The notes: a model not told the origin generated them from the letters alone. A stretch of DNA of 64,000 bases from an uncultured Eubacteriales bacterium (GCA_900319465.1 ONOL01000001.1:32843-96842); one strand, 5' to 3'. Counted from the first letter of the stretch, positions 44,198-52,758 are shown. Translations and numbers: made by a program.

Positions 44198-45388
44198 TTA
44201 GAACGCGGTATCGAGCAGGGTGATGCCGTCGATCTTCACGTCGAAGTAAGGAGCGGAGCGGAACTCGGACTCGTGGAAGTAGCCGTCGGAAACGACCTCG
44301 GTGTCGCCCTCGTAGGCGGGATCGGTGTCGACGTCGGCCATGTAGCTGGTGAGCTCTTCGCCGTCAACGGTGAAGGTGGAGGTGTCGAAGACATGCAGCT
44401 CGCCGGCAGCCATGGCGGCGGCGGCAGCCTCGATGGCCTCAGCGGTGCCCTCGGCGGCAACCGCCTCGTTCAGGTCGGTCAGCGCGACAGCGCCGGAAGC
44501 GTAGTCGCCGCTCCAGTCGGTCGCGATCTCGGTGCCGTTGGCAACCGCGTCAATGATGTAGGCAAAGTAGGGAGCCCAGTCGATGCGGGAGGAGACGATG
44601 TAGGTGTTGGGGCCGGCAGCGATGGTGGAGCCGTTGTAAGCAACGTTGGGGATGTTGTTGGCCTCGCAGGTGGAGGGAGCGCCAAGCGTGTCGGCGTGCT
44701 GGCTGATGAGGACGCAGCCGTTGTCGATCAGCTTCTGCGCAGCCTCGGTCTCAAGGGCGAGGTCGCCCCAGGAGCCGGTGAAGGTGACTTCCATCGTGGC
44801 TTCGGGAACGATGGAGCGGGCGCCGAGGAAGAAGGAGGTGTAGCCGGAGATGATCTCGGCGTAGGTGAAGGCGCCGACGTAGCCGATCTTGGCCTGCTCG
44901 GCAGTGATCGTGCCGGCGTCGATCATCTCTTTGAGCTTCATACCGGCGGCGATGCCGGCGAGGTAGCGGCCTTCATAGATGGAGGCGAAGGCGTTGTGGT
45001 AGTTGGCGAGCTTCTCGGTATGGGCCTTGGTGCCGGTGGCGTGGCAGAACTGCACGTCGGGGCACTCCTTGGCGGCCTGGATCAGGTAGTCCTCATGGCC
45101 GAAGCTGTCGGCGAAGATGAGGTTGCAGCCCTGGTCGATCAGGTCGAGCGCGGTCTCGTAGCACTCCTGCCCCTCGGGGATGTTGGTCTTGAGGATGTAC
45201 TCGGCGCCGGCGGCCTCGCAGGCTTCCTTCGCACCGTTCATGAAGTTGAGGTCATAGGTCATGTTCTCGTCATGCAGGAAAATGAAACCGACCTTGACAG
45301 GCGTCTCGGCGGAGGCAGTGGGCGCGTTGAAGGCGCAGAGACCGGCAACCATGCACAGAGCCATCAGCATTGCGATGAACTTTTTCAT
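44198..45388 (-). CDS. BMP-family (PnrA/NupN-like) nucleoside-binding protein
   Basis: 396 aa from the ATG at 45388 (GGAGAG RBS): MKKFIAMLMALCMVAGLCAFNAPTASAETPVKVGFIFLHDENMTYDLNF... The 124 upstream codons in the track ORF cross the riboswitch leader. Confidence 0.85.
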   Translation of the reverse strand: MKKFIAMLMALCMVAGLCAFNAPTASAETPVKVGFIFLHDENMTYDLNFMNGAKEACEAAGAEYILKTNIPEGQECYETALDLIDQGCNLIFADSFGHEDYLIQAAKECPDVQFCHATGTKAHTEKLANYHNAFASIYEGRYLAGIAAGMKLKEMIDAGTITAEQAKIGYVGAFTYAEIISGYTSFFLGARSIVPEATMEVTFTGSWGDLALETEAAQKLIDNGCVLISQHADTLGAPSTCEANNIPNVAYNGSTIAAGPNTYIVSSRIDWAPYFAYIIDAVANGTEIATDWSGDYASGAVALTDLNEAVAAEGTAEAIEAAAAAMAAGELHVFDTSTFTVDGEELTSYMADVDTDPAYEGDTEVVSDGYFHESEFRSAPYFDVKIDGITLLDTAF

Positions 45389-45654
45389 TTGATTCTCTCC
45401 TATAAAATTTTTTATTCGAGCCGAAAAGGGACCGCGAACGATCCCACCCAGCTCACCTAAACCGCTATTGCAGTGAAGGGCAGCGTCAGAAGAAATCCGT
45501 TTCTCCGCAAAAGCGCCGTCTGTGCGGATTCCTTCTTCCCTTTCCGGCCGGGCGCGCTTCGGCGCTCTCCGATCCGGGCCGGGAACGGGGCTTCCCGGAA
45601 AAACGGAGGCGCTCACGCAATCCGCCGCCCCGCCCCCGGGAAGGCGGGCGCGGG

Positions 45655-45696
45655 TGAAAAAACAAAACGAGGGGTCCGGATCGGAAGCCCCTCGGA
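45655..45696 (-). terminator. intrinsic terminator of the riboswitch expression platform
   Basis: Minus strand: CGAGGGG-cttccgatccgga-CCCCTCG followed by TTTTGTTTTTT, ~50 nt downstream of the aptamer. Confidence 0.6.
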
Positions 45697-45742
45697 AAAA
45701 TGCCGGACGCGGGCCCGGAAAGGTTCCGGCCCTGCCCTGCAT

Positions 45743-45812
45743 CTTCGATAGTCCGGTCATTTACGGTGTCCGGGTAGAAACTTCAAATCCATATTATTTG
45801 CGATATATCGAA
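45743..45812 (-). promoter_or_regulatory. purine riboswitch aptamer, guanine class
   Basis: Minus strand: UUCGAUA-UAU-CGCAAAU-AAUAUGG-AUUUGAA-GUUUCUACC-CGGAC-ACCGUAAAU-GACCGG-AC-UAUCGAA. P1 is 7 bp. The conserved blocks UAUNNNNNNNAUAUGG, GUUUCUACC and CCGUAAAU are all present. The specificity position before the 3' P1 strand is C (as in B. subtilis xpt, ...CCGACUAUG), which indicates guanine/hypoxanthine. Confidence 0.85.
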
Positions 45813-45832
45813 CCCTATTGAATTATGACAGT

Positions 45833-45861
45833 ATAGTAACAGCCGCGCCGGAAAAAGTCAA
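45833..45861 (-). promoter_or_regulatory. sigma-A-type promoter for the riboswitch-led transporter operon
   Basis: Minus strand: TTGACT, 17 nt, TACTAT. The aptamer starts ~15-20 nt after the -10 element. Confidence 0.5.
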
Positions 45862-45983
45862 GTGTGAATTTGGCCATTTTCAACATTTTTTGATTCAACT
45901 ATTTGTTAAAAATGTTGAAAGCAATCGCTTCCAGAATTCTCCAGTTTTTCCGGGCGCCATGCGGGTTTGCGGCCTTCGGCGCC

Positions 45984-46556
45984 TCAGCGGCAGAAGCTGA
46001 GGGAGTCGTCGCTCATGGAGGCGATGCGAGCCAGCGATTCGATGCGCAGGCCCTGCGCCCTGAGCAGGTCGCCGCCGCCCTGAAACGCCTTCTCAATCGC
46101 GATGCCGGCGCCGACAACCGTGCCGCCCGCCTGCTCCACCAGCGCCTTGAGCCCGACGAGCGCGGCGCCCGTGGCCAGAAAGTCGTCCACGATCAGGACG
46201 CGGTCCTGCGGCCCGAGATATTCTCTGGACACCACGACGGTGTTGGTGTTGCCGTGGGTGAAGGACTCCACCTGCACGGAATAGAGCTCATCGGAGATGT
46301 TTTTGGTCTTGCTCTTCTTGGCGAAGACCACCGGGCACTGAAAGACGAAGCCCGCGAGGCTCGCAATGGCGATGCCGGAGGCCTCGATCGTAAAGATCTT
46401 GTTGACGCCCTCGCCCGCGAAGAGGCGCTTGAGCTCGAGCGCCATCTCATAGAGAAGCTGCGGGTCGATCTGGTGATTGAGAAAGCTGTCCACCTTCAGG
46501 ATGCCGCCGGGTCTGACCTTGCCCTCGGAAAGGATCCTCTGTTCCAGAAGCTCCAT
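45984..46556 (-). CDS. xpt: xanthine phosphoribosyltransferase
   Basis: 190 aa from the ATG at 46556 (GGAGG RBS): MELLEQRILSEGKVRPGGILKVDSFLNHQIDPQL...VLIVDDFLATGAA (PRPP-binding motif). Confidence 0.9.
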   Translation of the reverse strand: MELLEQRILSEGKVRPGGILKVDSFLNHQIDPQLLYEMALELKRLFAGEGVNKIFTIEASGIAIASLAGFVFQCPVVFAKKSKTKNISDELYSVQVESFTHGNTNTVVVSREYLGPQDRVLIVDDFLATGAALVGLKALVEQAGGTVVGAGIAIEKAFQGGGDLLRAQGLRIESLARIASMSDDSLSFCR

Positions 46557-46574
46557 ATCTGTTTCCTCCAAAAA

Positions 46575-46612
46575 AACCGAAAAAAGCCCGTCGTTTGGTT
46601 TTTCGACAGGCT
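46575..46612 (-). terminator. rho-independent terminator of rpmB
   Basis: Minus strand: AGCCUGUCG-AAAAACCAAA-CGACGGGCU followed by UUUUUUCGGUUUUUUU. Confidence 0.8.
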
Positions 46613-46632
46613 TTGTTTCGGGTAATGTTCAA

Positions 46633-46821
46633 TTACACAGCGCGGGTGACCTTACCGCTGCGCAGGCAGCGGGTGCAGACGTAGACATGCTTGGGAGAAC
46701 CGTCCACGATGGCCTTGACGCGCTTCACGTTCGGCTTCCAGGTACGGTTGGAGCGTCTGTGAGAATGGCTGACCTTGATGCCGAAGGCCACGTCCTTGTC
46801 GCAGAACTGGCATTTTGCCAT
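46633..46821 (-). CDS. rpmB: 50S ribosomal protein L28
   Basis: 62 aa from the ATG at 46821 (AGGAGG RBS): MAKCQFCDKDVAFGIKVSHSHRRSNRTWKPNVKRVKAIVDG. Confidence 0.9.
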   Translation of the reverse strand: MAKCQFCDKDVAFGIKVSHSHRRSNRTWKPNVKRVKAIVDGSPKHVYVCTRCLRSGKVTRAV

Positions 46822-46869
46822 GGCTTGAAGCACCTCCTTGCTCGTGTTATGCTGATAAACAGCTCATTT

Positions 46870-46898
46870 ATATTAGCAGAAGGGGCTGGCAATTGCAA
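46870..46898 (-). promoter_or_regulatory. sigma-A-type promoter for rpmB
   Basis: Minus strand: TTGCAA, 17 nt, TAATAT with a TGc extended -10. Confidence 0.45.
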
Positions 46899-46969
46899 GA
46901 AAAATTTTCGCTTACCCCGGAAAAATCTGAATTTTCCCGCCGGATGCGCCGGAAGCGCACAGAAAGGGC

Positions 46970-46998
46970 TTGCAAAATTGCCGTATATACTGTAAAAT
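46970..46998 (+). promoter_or_regulatory. sigma-A-type promoter for efp
   Basis: TTGCAA, 17 nt, TAAAAT. Confidence 0.5.
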
Positions 46999-47051
46999 GA
47001 TACAGCTAATGCTATCGTTACAGATAAATTTCATTCGGGAGGTCCCAATTT

Positions 47052-47609
47052 ATGATTACTGCAGGCGAATTCAGAAACGGCGTTACCTTTGAGATGGACG
47101 GCAACGTCATGCAGGTCGTCGAGTTCCAGCACGTCAAGCCCGGCAAAGGCGCCGCCTTCGTGCGCACCAAGATGAAGAACGTCATCACCGGCGCCGTGAC
47201 CGAAACTTCCTTCAACCCCACCGCCAAGTTCGAGAACGCCACCGTTGACCGTATGACCATGGAGTACAGCTACAACGACGGCAACCTCTACTACTTCATG
47301 AACCCCGAGACCTATGAGCTCGAGCCGGTGGACGGCTCCGTCCTGGGCGACAACTTCAAGTTCGTCAAGGAAAACATGGAGTGCACCATCTACTCCTACA
47401 AGGGCAAGGTCTTCAACGTCGAGCCCCCCTTCTTCGTGGAGCTTGAGGTCACCGATACCGACCCGGGCTTTGCCGGCAACACCGCCACCAACGCCACCAA
47501 GCCCGCCACCCTGGAGACCGGCGCCGAGATCAAGGTTCCCCTCTTCATCGACCGCGGCGAACGCATCAAGGTCGATACCCGCACCGGCGAGTATCTGTCC
47601 AGAGCGTAA
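47052..47609 (+). CDS. efp: elongation factor P
   Basis: 185 aa: [43 protein letters not shown]. Confidence 0.95.
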   Translation: MITAGEFRNGVTFEMDGNVMQVVEFQHVKPGKGAAFVRTKMKNVITGAVTETSFNPTAKFENATVDRMTMEYSYNDGNLYYFMNPETYELEPVDGSVLGDNFKFVKENMECTIYSYKGKVFNVEPPFFVELEVTDTDPGFAGNTATNATKPATLETGAEIKVPLFIDRGERIKVDTRTGEYLSRA

Positions 47610-47629
47610 GGCGCACATATCGGGAAATC

Positions 47630-47658
47630 GGGGGAAGGGGATCTCTTCCCCCTTTTTT
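47630..47658 (+). terminator. rho-independent terminator of efp
   Basis: GGGGGAAG-GGGATCT-CTTCCCCC followed by TTTTTT. Confidence 0.7.
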
Positions 47659-47684
47659 ACACTTTCAGTCAGGAGGTCTGTGAG

Positions 47685-48200
47685 ATGACGATTGTTGAGA
47701 AAGCTGCCTATCTGAAGGGTTTGACCGAGGGCCTGGGCGTCGAGCCCGAATCCCGGGACGGAAAGCTCTGGAGCGCGCTGAACGATCTGCTGTCCGACAT
47801 GGCGCATGAGATCGAGGACCTCCAGGCTGCCAGCATGGATTACGCCGAGGTGATCGACGACATCTGCGAGGATCTGAGCTATCTCGAGGAGCTGACGGAC
47901 GATCTGGACGAGTCCGGGGACTTCGACGATTTCGAGGACGCTGAGGACGAGGCGGACGACAAGGTCTACGATCTGGCCGACTACGGCCTCGGCGGCGACT
48001 TCGACGAGGACGCCGGGGAAGGCGGGGAGCCGGAGGGGGACGACGAGGAAGTCGAGTACGACGGCGTGATGTACGATGTGACCTGCCCGAGCTGCGGCGA
48101 GGAGATCAGCTTCGACGAGGAGACGCTGGAGCTGGGCAGCATCACCTGCCCGAGCTGCGGCGAGGTGCTGGAGTTCGATCTGGGTGAGGATCGCGAGTAA
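47685..48200 (+). CDS. highly acidic protein with a C-terminal double CPSCG zinc ribbon
   Basis: 171 aa with an AGGAGG RBS. The N-terminus is helical, the centre is a long D/E-rich segment, and the end has ...VTCPSCGEEISFDEETLELGSITCPSCGEVLEF. Confidence 0.6.
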   Translation: MTIVEKAAYLKGLTEGLGVEPESRDGKLWSALNDLLSDMAHEIEDLQAASMDYAEVIDDICEDLSYLEELTDDLDESGDFDDFEDAEDEADDKVYDLADYGLGGDFDEDAGEGGEPEGDDEEVEYDGVMYDVTCPSCGEEISFDEETLELGSITCPSCGEVLEFDLGEDRE

Positions 48201-48216
48201 TCAGTATGAAGAACCG

Positions 48217-48247
48217 AAACGGGACGCAAAAGCGTCCCGTTTTTTTG
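48217..48247. terminator. bidirectional rho-independent terminator
   Basis: AAACGGGACGC-AAAA-GCGTCCCGTTT-TTTT, between convergent genes. Confidence 0.75.
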
Positions 48248-48266
48248 CGCCGTTTTTAAAGAGGCG

Positions 48267-49235
48267 CTATACCCTGACGCTCACCTCGCCGGAGCTGAGC
48301 TTGCGGAGGCTCCCGTCGGGCAGGCGTGCCAGCAACCCGAAGTCCCGGCAGAGCGCCACCGCCTCGGCGCGCACCGGCTCCGCGCCGGGCATGAGGATGT
48401 TGATGGGCTTTCCGAGCACCAGCGAGCGGCGCTGATAGGCTTCAAACAGCGCGGGATCGCCGGGATCGGCGCTGTAAGCCATGAGCTTGTCCAGCACGCG
48501 CGCCGCGAGGCGGCAGCGCAGCTCCGGCGGCTTCTCCCCGTCAAAGACCGCGCCGGCGATCCCCTGCAGCTCCGGCGGGAAATCCCCCGCGGGGGCGGCG
48601 GTATTGATGCCGATGCCGGGCACCGCGTAGGAGAGGCTGCCGCTCTCGCAGTCGAGGGAAGCCTCGGTCAGGATGCCGCAGGCCTTCCGGCCCCCCACGA
48701 ACACGTCGTTGACCCACTTGATCTGTGTCTCCCGCCCGGAGAGCTCCTCAATGGCCTCGCACACGGCGACGGCGGCGCAGGCCGTGATCCCCACCGCCTC
48801 CGCCGCAGGAAGCTGCGGACGCAGGAGCAAGCTCAGATACAGCCCGGAGTCCGCCGGGGAATAAAAACGCCGGCCCATCCTGCCGCGCCCGGCGGTCTGC
48901 TCGCCCGCGATCACGGCGATCCCCTCCGGCGCGCCGTCCGCCGCCATGGCCTTCAGCACCGTGTTGGTGGAGCCGACGCTCGCAAAGACCAGCGGCGTGA
49001 TCGCGGGATTCTGCAGATATTTCCGCACGCCCTGTTCCGAGAGCACGTCGCTTTTCGAGCAGAGGCGGTAGCCCCGCTTCGTCACCGACTCGATGGCGTA
49101 GCCCTCGGCGCGAAGCTGCTCCACGGCCTTCCACACCGCCGTGCGGCTGACCGAGAGCGAGCGCGCGAGCGCGGCGCCCGAGAGATAGGCGTCGGCGTTC
49201 TGCCAGAGCAGCTCCAGGACCCTTTCCTTCATCAT
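48267..49235 (-). CDS. birA: bifunctional biotin--[acetyl-CoA-carboxylase] ligase / biotin operon repressor
   Basis: 322 aa from the ATG at 49235. It has an N-terminal wHTH (LSGAALARSLSVSRTAVWKAVEQLRAEGYAIES) and the ligase motif GRGRMGRRF. ATGA overlap with the bioY stop. Confidence 0.9.
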   Translation of the reverse strand: MMKERVLELLWQNADAYLSGAALARSLSVSRTAVWKAVEQLRAEGYAIESVTKRGYRLCSKSDVLSEQGVRKYLQNPAITPLVFASVGSTNTVLKAMAADGAPEGIAVIAGEQTAGRGRMGRRFYSPADSGLYLSLLLRPQLPAAEAVGITACAAVAVCEAIEELSGRETQIKWVNDVFVGGRKACGILTEASLDCESGSLSYAVPGIGINTAAPAGDFPPELQGIAGAVFDGEKPPELRCRLAARVLDKLMAYSADPGDPALFEAYQRRSLVLGKPINILMPGAEPVRAEAVALCRDFGLLARLPDGSLRKLSSGEVSVRV

Positions 49236-49786
49236 GCCCTGCGTCCCTTCTGCAGCAGCGGATACAGCCGCCCCGTGAGCGCCGTTGCCAGCGCGATCTT
49301 CACCGCATCCGGCAGCAGGTAGGGCAGCACGCACCACGAGAGCGCCGTCCCCACGCCGATGGGGCCGCTGCTGCGGGCGTAGACGAGAACGAACCAGGCC
49401 GTGCCGAAGGCATAGCACAGCAGGATGCCCGCCGCCATCGAAAGGATCAGCACGGGCGGCTTTCTCCCCAGCTTGTCCACCGCGAGGCCGACGGCGGCCG
49501 CCGTGAACAGAAAGCCCAGCAGATAGCCGCCGGTGGTGCCGAGCAGCGCAGCGATCCCGCCCCGGAAGCCCGCAAAGACCGGCGCGCCGACGGCCCCCAG
49601 CAGCAGGTAGACCGCCACCGTCCAGAAGCCGGTGCGCAGCCCGAACAGCGCAGCCACAAGGCAGATGGCGAAGGTCTGCAGCGTGAAGGGGATGGTCGTG
49701 GGTACGGAGATCCACGCGCAGAGCGTGATCAGCGCCGCCCCCATGGCGATGAGGGCGAGGTTTTGAGGTGCGGTTTTGTTTTTCAA
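49232..49786 (-). CDS. bioY: biotin transporter BioY (ECF S component)
   Basis: 184 aa polytopic protein: ...TFAICLVAALFGLRTGFWTVAVYLLLGAVGAPVFAGFRGG. TTG start with a GGAAGGA RBS. Confidence 0.85.
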   Translation of the reverse strand: MKNKTAPQNLALIAMGAALITLCAWISVPTTIPFTLQTFAICLVAALFGLRTGFWTVAVYLLLGAVGAPVFAGFRGGIAALLGTTGGYLLGFLFTAAAVGLAVDKLGRKPPVLILSMAAGILLCYAFGTAWFVLVYARSSGPIGVGTALSWCVLPYLLPDAVKIALATALTGRLYPLLQKGRRA

Positions 49787-49964
49787 AGCGATCCTTCCTT
49801 TTTAGAAGCTTTCGGACGGGGACAAACGGGCGGCTTTGCTGTCGACGGTTTTGCAGTTGGAACACGCCGCAAGGCGAAAAGAACGAACGGGGGCGCCTCT
49901 GCGCCGCCGTCTTGCCGCAAACAGGGAAAAAGGCGCCTGTGTCCTTGCGAAAGAATAGCATAAG

Positions 49965-50015
49965 CCCCTCGGATTGTCAACCTTAATCAAAAATATAGGT
50001 TGACAATCCGAGGGG
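49965..50015. promoter_or_regulatory. BirA operator overlapping the bioY-birA promoter
   Basis: CCCCTCGGATTGTCAACC-N15(AT-rich)-GGTTGACAATCCGAGGGG. The core TGTCAACC-N15-GGTTGACA fits the Firmicute BirA box TGTnAACC-N14-16-GGTTnACA. On the minus strand TTGACA, 17 nt, TATTCT uses the left half-site (49965-49982) as the -35 element. Confidence 0.65.
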
Positions 50016-50027
50016 TGCTGTCGTCGT

Positions 50028-51650
50028 TTACAAAAGCTGTTTTCTCTCCAGCATATAGTCGAACCAGGCGACGAACTCCGCGCCGAGGCGCTTTACCAGC
50101 GCCCGCGCCTCCTCCGGCCGGGCGGCGGCGAGATACAGGCACTGCTGCGCGAGCTGGTAGCGCCGCGCCGTCGTGAAGCGCGCAAGCTCCTCGTCCGTAT
50201 ACTCCCCGAGCGCAGCAAGCTGCCGCTGCGCCTTGAAGAAACGGATAAAGCTCTCGGCGGTCTCCCGCCCGACGATCGGTTCGAGAAGCGAGAAGTCGTT
50301 GCGGGAGCTGTCCAGCGCTTTGGAGGCCATCTCCCAGCGGCGGGGGTCGGCGTTGCCCTCCGTGCCGGTGAAGGGGGTGCGCAGATAGAGGTCGTTGTTG
50401 GCCAGAAACTCCATCACGAAGGGGTTGATGCGGCTGCGAACCGCCCAGGGCATCCAGTTTTCCACGGTGGTGCGGATGTAGATATGGGCGAAGCGGCCGA
50501 AGAGCGGCTCCGCCAGATCATGGGCGGCGCTCGACTCGCTGCGGTCGTTGCCGGCGGCCACGATGCGGGCGTTTTCCGGCAGCGGCCAGCGGTTGTTCAC
50601 AAAGCGCTCCAGGACGATCTTGAAGATGACCGACTGGGTCTGCTTCGTGGCGTTGGTCAGCTCGTCGAAGAACAGGATGTGGAGCTTCCCGTCCTCACAG
50701 AGTCGCTCCAGCTTCACGAGCCACACGGGCTTCACGTCCACGATCTCGTCCCGCGCCTCGTTGTAGATGGCGCGGCCGTTGATGGTCTCCGGGTTCTCGT
50801 TCACCAGCTCGATGTCCAGCGCCTGCGGGTCGATCTGCCGGACGCGGTCGCTCTTGCCGTCGCCGGACAGGCCGTGCAGGAACACCGGGATGTTCGCCTC
50901 CACATAGGCGCGGATCAGGCTCAGCTCGTCGTGCTCCGCGACGCGGAAGGCCGCGTCCTGCGCGGCGCTCTCCCCCTCGAAGCACAGCTCCTTGAGGAAG
51001 TCCTCCCGCAGATACGCCGCCGCCTCGTCCCTCGACAGCCCGCCGAAGAGCGCCATGCAGCTCAGAAGCAGCGCCGCGTCCGGATCGTAGAGCCAGCGCA
51101 CGGGGCGCAGCTCGAGGAATACGCTCTCGCCCTCGCCCACCGGCGTGCCGTCGGAGAGGCGCACGAAGCCGTTGACGCCGCCCTGCCGGAGTGTGAGACG
51201 GATCAGCTCCTTCGACCCCAGCCGATAGACCGGGACGGGCTCGCCGCAGACACGGACGCGCCGCCCGGTGTCGGGAAGGCTCCCCCGCGCGTATTCCCGC
51301 GCCGCCATATCCCGCAGGCTGCTCTCCAGGACCGCGCCCGGGTAGCTGCCGTACTCGGCGGTGGTCACGCCGCCGTCCGTGCGGATGCGGCGCAGCAGCC
51401 GCTCCTCCCCCTGCTCCAGCAGCAGGGCGGGGCGCACCGCGCATACGTCCGCGCCGCCCGCGCGGCCGAAACGGTCCGCGCAGCCGTCGGCCAGATAGTA
51501 GTTGATCCCGCCGCCGGGTTCGTGGAGGAAACCGTCGTCCGGGGCGGTCATCAGCGCCAGATCCGAGGCGGGCGCGGCCGCGCCGACCCTTGCCAGCAGG
51601 GGCAGCGGCTTTCCGAAAACCTGCTCAAGTGATAAGAAAATCGATTTCAT
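50028..51650 (-). CDS. MoxR/AAA_5-like ATPase with a ~290-aa N-terminal region of unknown function
   Basis: 540 aa from the ATG at 51650. Walker A is GLSGDGKS, Walker B is LHILFFDELTNA, and a sensor-like VAAGND is present. I recognise no motif in the N-terminal half. Confidence 0.75.
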   Translation of the reverse strand: MKSIFLSLEQVFGKPLPLLARVGAAAPASDLALMTAPDDGFLHEPGGGINYYLADGCADRFGRAGGADVCAVRPALLLEQGEERLLRRIRTDGGVTTAEYGSYPGAVLESSLRDMAAREYARGSLPDTGRRVRVCGEPVPVYRLGSKELIRLTLRQGGVNGFVRLSDGTPVGEGESVFLELRPVRWLYDPDAALLLSCMALFGGLSRDEAAAYLREDFLKELCFEGESAAQDAAFRVAEHDELSLIRAYVEANIPVFLHGLSGDGKSDRVRQIDPQALDIELVNENPETINGRAIYNEARDEIVDVKPVWLVKLERLCEDGKLHILFFDELTNATKQTQSVIFKIVLERFVNNRWPLPENARIVAAGNDRSESSAAHDLAEPLFGRFAHIYIRTTVENWMPWAVRSRINPFVMEFLANNDLYLRTPFTGTEGNADPRRWEMASKALDSSRNDFSLLEPIVGRETAESFIRFFKAQRQLAALGEYTDEELARFTTARRYQLAQQCLYLAAARPEEARALVKRLGAEFVAWFDYMLERKQLL

Positions 51651-52758
51651 GCTTCTCTTTCTCCTCGTTGGGCTGACTGTAAATGACCCGCCCGCCCTTC
51701 GGGTGGATCGTCGTGTTGCCGTAGACGACCCAGATCGCGTCGCAGCGCTCCTCGGGCATCTCGGCAAAGCCGTCGGTAAAAATGATGCGGTTCTCCGCGT
51801 CGCCGGTGAAGGCGCGGATGGCGGCGCGGAAGTCCGTGCCGCCCGCGCCGTTGAGCGCCAGATTCTCGATGTCCTGCTCGCTCCTCACGTCCTGGAAGCC
51901 GTAGAAGCGGGTGTCGAAGCAGCCGACGCGCACCACGGCGTCCTGCCGCAGCAGGCCCTTTACGCCGCGCACAAAGGCGCGCAGCAGCTCCGCGTCCACG
52001 GAGGCGCTGGTATCGAGCAGGATCTCCGCGTGCGCGACCGGGTAGGCGCGAAACTCGTGCCGCAGCACGCCGTCGCGGATCGTGCTGCCGGGGAACCAGT
52101 CAAAATCCAGCTGCATGCTGGGCTCCAGCAGCTCCGCAAGCCCGGCTACGGCCGCGGCGATGCCCGGGTCCTCGATGCTGCGTGCGCGCGCCTCGCTCTC
52201 CCTGCCGGCCTGTCTGCTCGCGGGATCGGGCCGCAGCTCGCGGTCGAGGGGCTCCGTCTCCCGGTCGCTCTCCCCGCTCTCCTCTTGCTTTTGCAGCAGG
52301 AGCTCGTAGAGGCTCTCGGCGCTCTGCTCTCCCGCGCCGGGGAGGAAGACCGCGTCCTCCGGCAGGGCGAAGCCGTCCTCCCGGAGCATGGCGTTGACCA
52401 CCGCGCCGCTCGCCTTCTTCCAGAGCCGCGCGTCCTTCCCGCGGCCGCGGGCGAAATGCCTGAGCTGCAGGTGCAGAAGCTGCTGGGCGAGGTAGAAGCG
52501 GCGGCTCTCCTCGGTGTAATACGGCATCAGCCGCCCGTTATACAGGATCTGCCGCCCGTCGTTGTCCACCGGGCGGGCGCTCATCGACTCCCGGAAGCTG
52601 AGCGTCCGGATCCGCGCGCTCCACTGGGGATAGCGCTCTTCCAGCCAGTCGCAGGCGTCTTTGAAATCCACGGCGCTCCCCCCTTTCCGCCGGCCCGTTT
52701 CGCCGGCAGTATTTCCCATCCGTATCCGGCGAAACGCTTTCCGGCGCTTCGCCGCCAT
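51625..52758 (-). CDS. vWA-domain protein with an N-terminal DUF2201-like (degenerate metallopeptidase-like) region
   Basis: 377 aa if it starts at the ATG at 52758. The MIDAS motif DxSxS is present (ILLDTSASVD). The N-terminal region aligns to the DUF2201_N pattern, but the expected HExxH reads LHLQLRH. It overlaps the AAA gene start by 26 nt. Confidence 0.7.
   Translation of the reverse strand: MAAKRRKAFRRIRMGNTAGETGRRKGGSAVDFKDACDWLEERYPQWSARIRTLSFRESMSARPVDNDGRQILYNGRLMPYYTEESRRFYLAQQLLHLQLRHFARGRGKDARLWKKASGAVVNAMLREDGFALPEDAVFLPGAGEQSAESLYELLLQKQEESGESDRETEPLDRELRPDPASRQAGRESEARARSIEDPGIAAAVAGLAELLEPSMQLDFDWFPGSTIRDGVLRHEFRAYPVAHAEILLDTSASVDAELLRAFVRGVKGLLRQDAVVRVGCFDTRFYGFQDVRSEQDIENLALNGAGGTDFRAAIRAFTGDAENRIIFTDGFAEMPEERCDAIWVVYGNTTIHPKGGRVIYSQPNEEKEKHEIDFLIT

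Noticed and set aside
44198-45760. 520-aa version of the binding-protein ORF, plus the long upstream extensions of the trpS, pepF, GT4, MMPL and ligase ORF-track entries
   Set aside because: The extensions cross promoters, riboswitch or intergenic hairpins and lack RBSs. Internal ATGs with AGGAGG-type RBSs give proteins that begin at the family-typical N-termini.
46557-46632. Purine riboswitch in front of xpt (expected from the Bacillus precedent)
   Set aside because: The 76-nt gap is fully taken up by the rpmB terminator and the xpt RBS. The only purine aptamer is downstream of xpt, at 45743-45812.
48267-49961. 564-aa ORF that would fuse birA to an upstream region
   Set aside because: The N-terminal 240 codons read through bioY in another frame. 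BirA starts at the ATG at 49235 (ATGA overlap with the bioY stop) with its HTH domain at the N-terminus.
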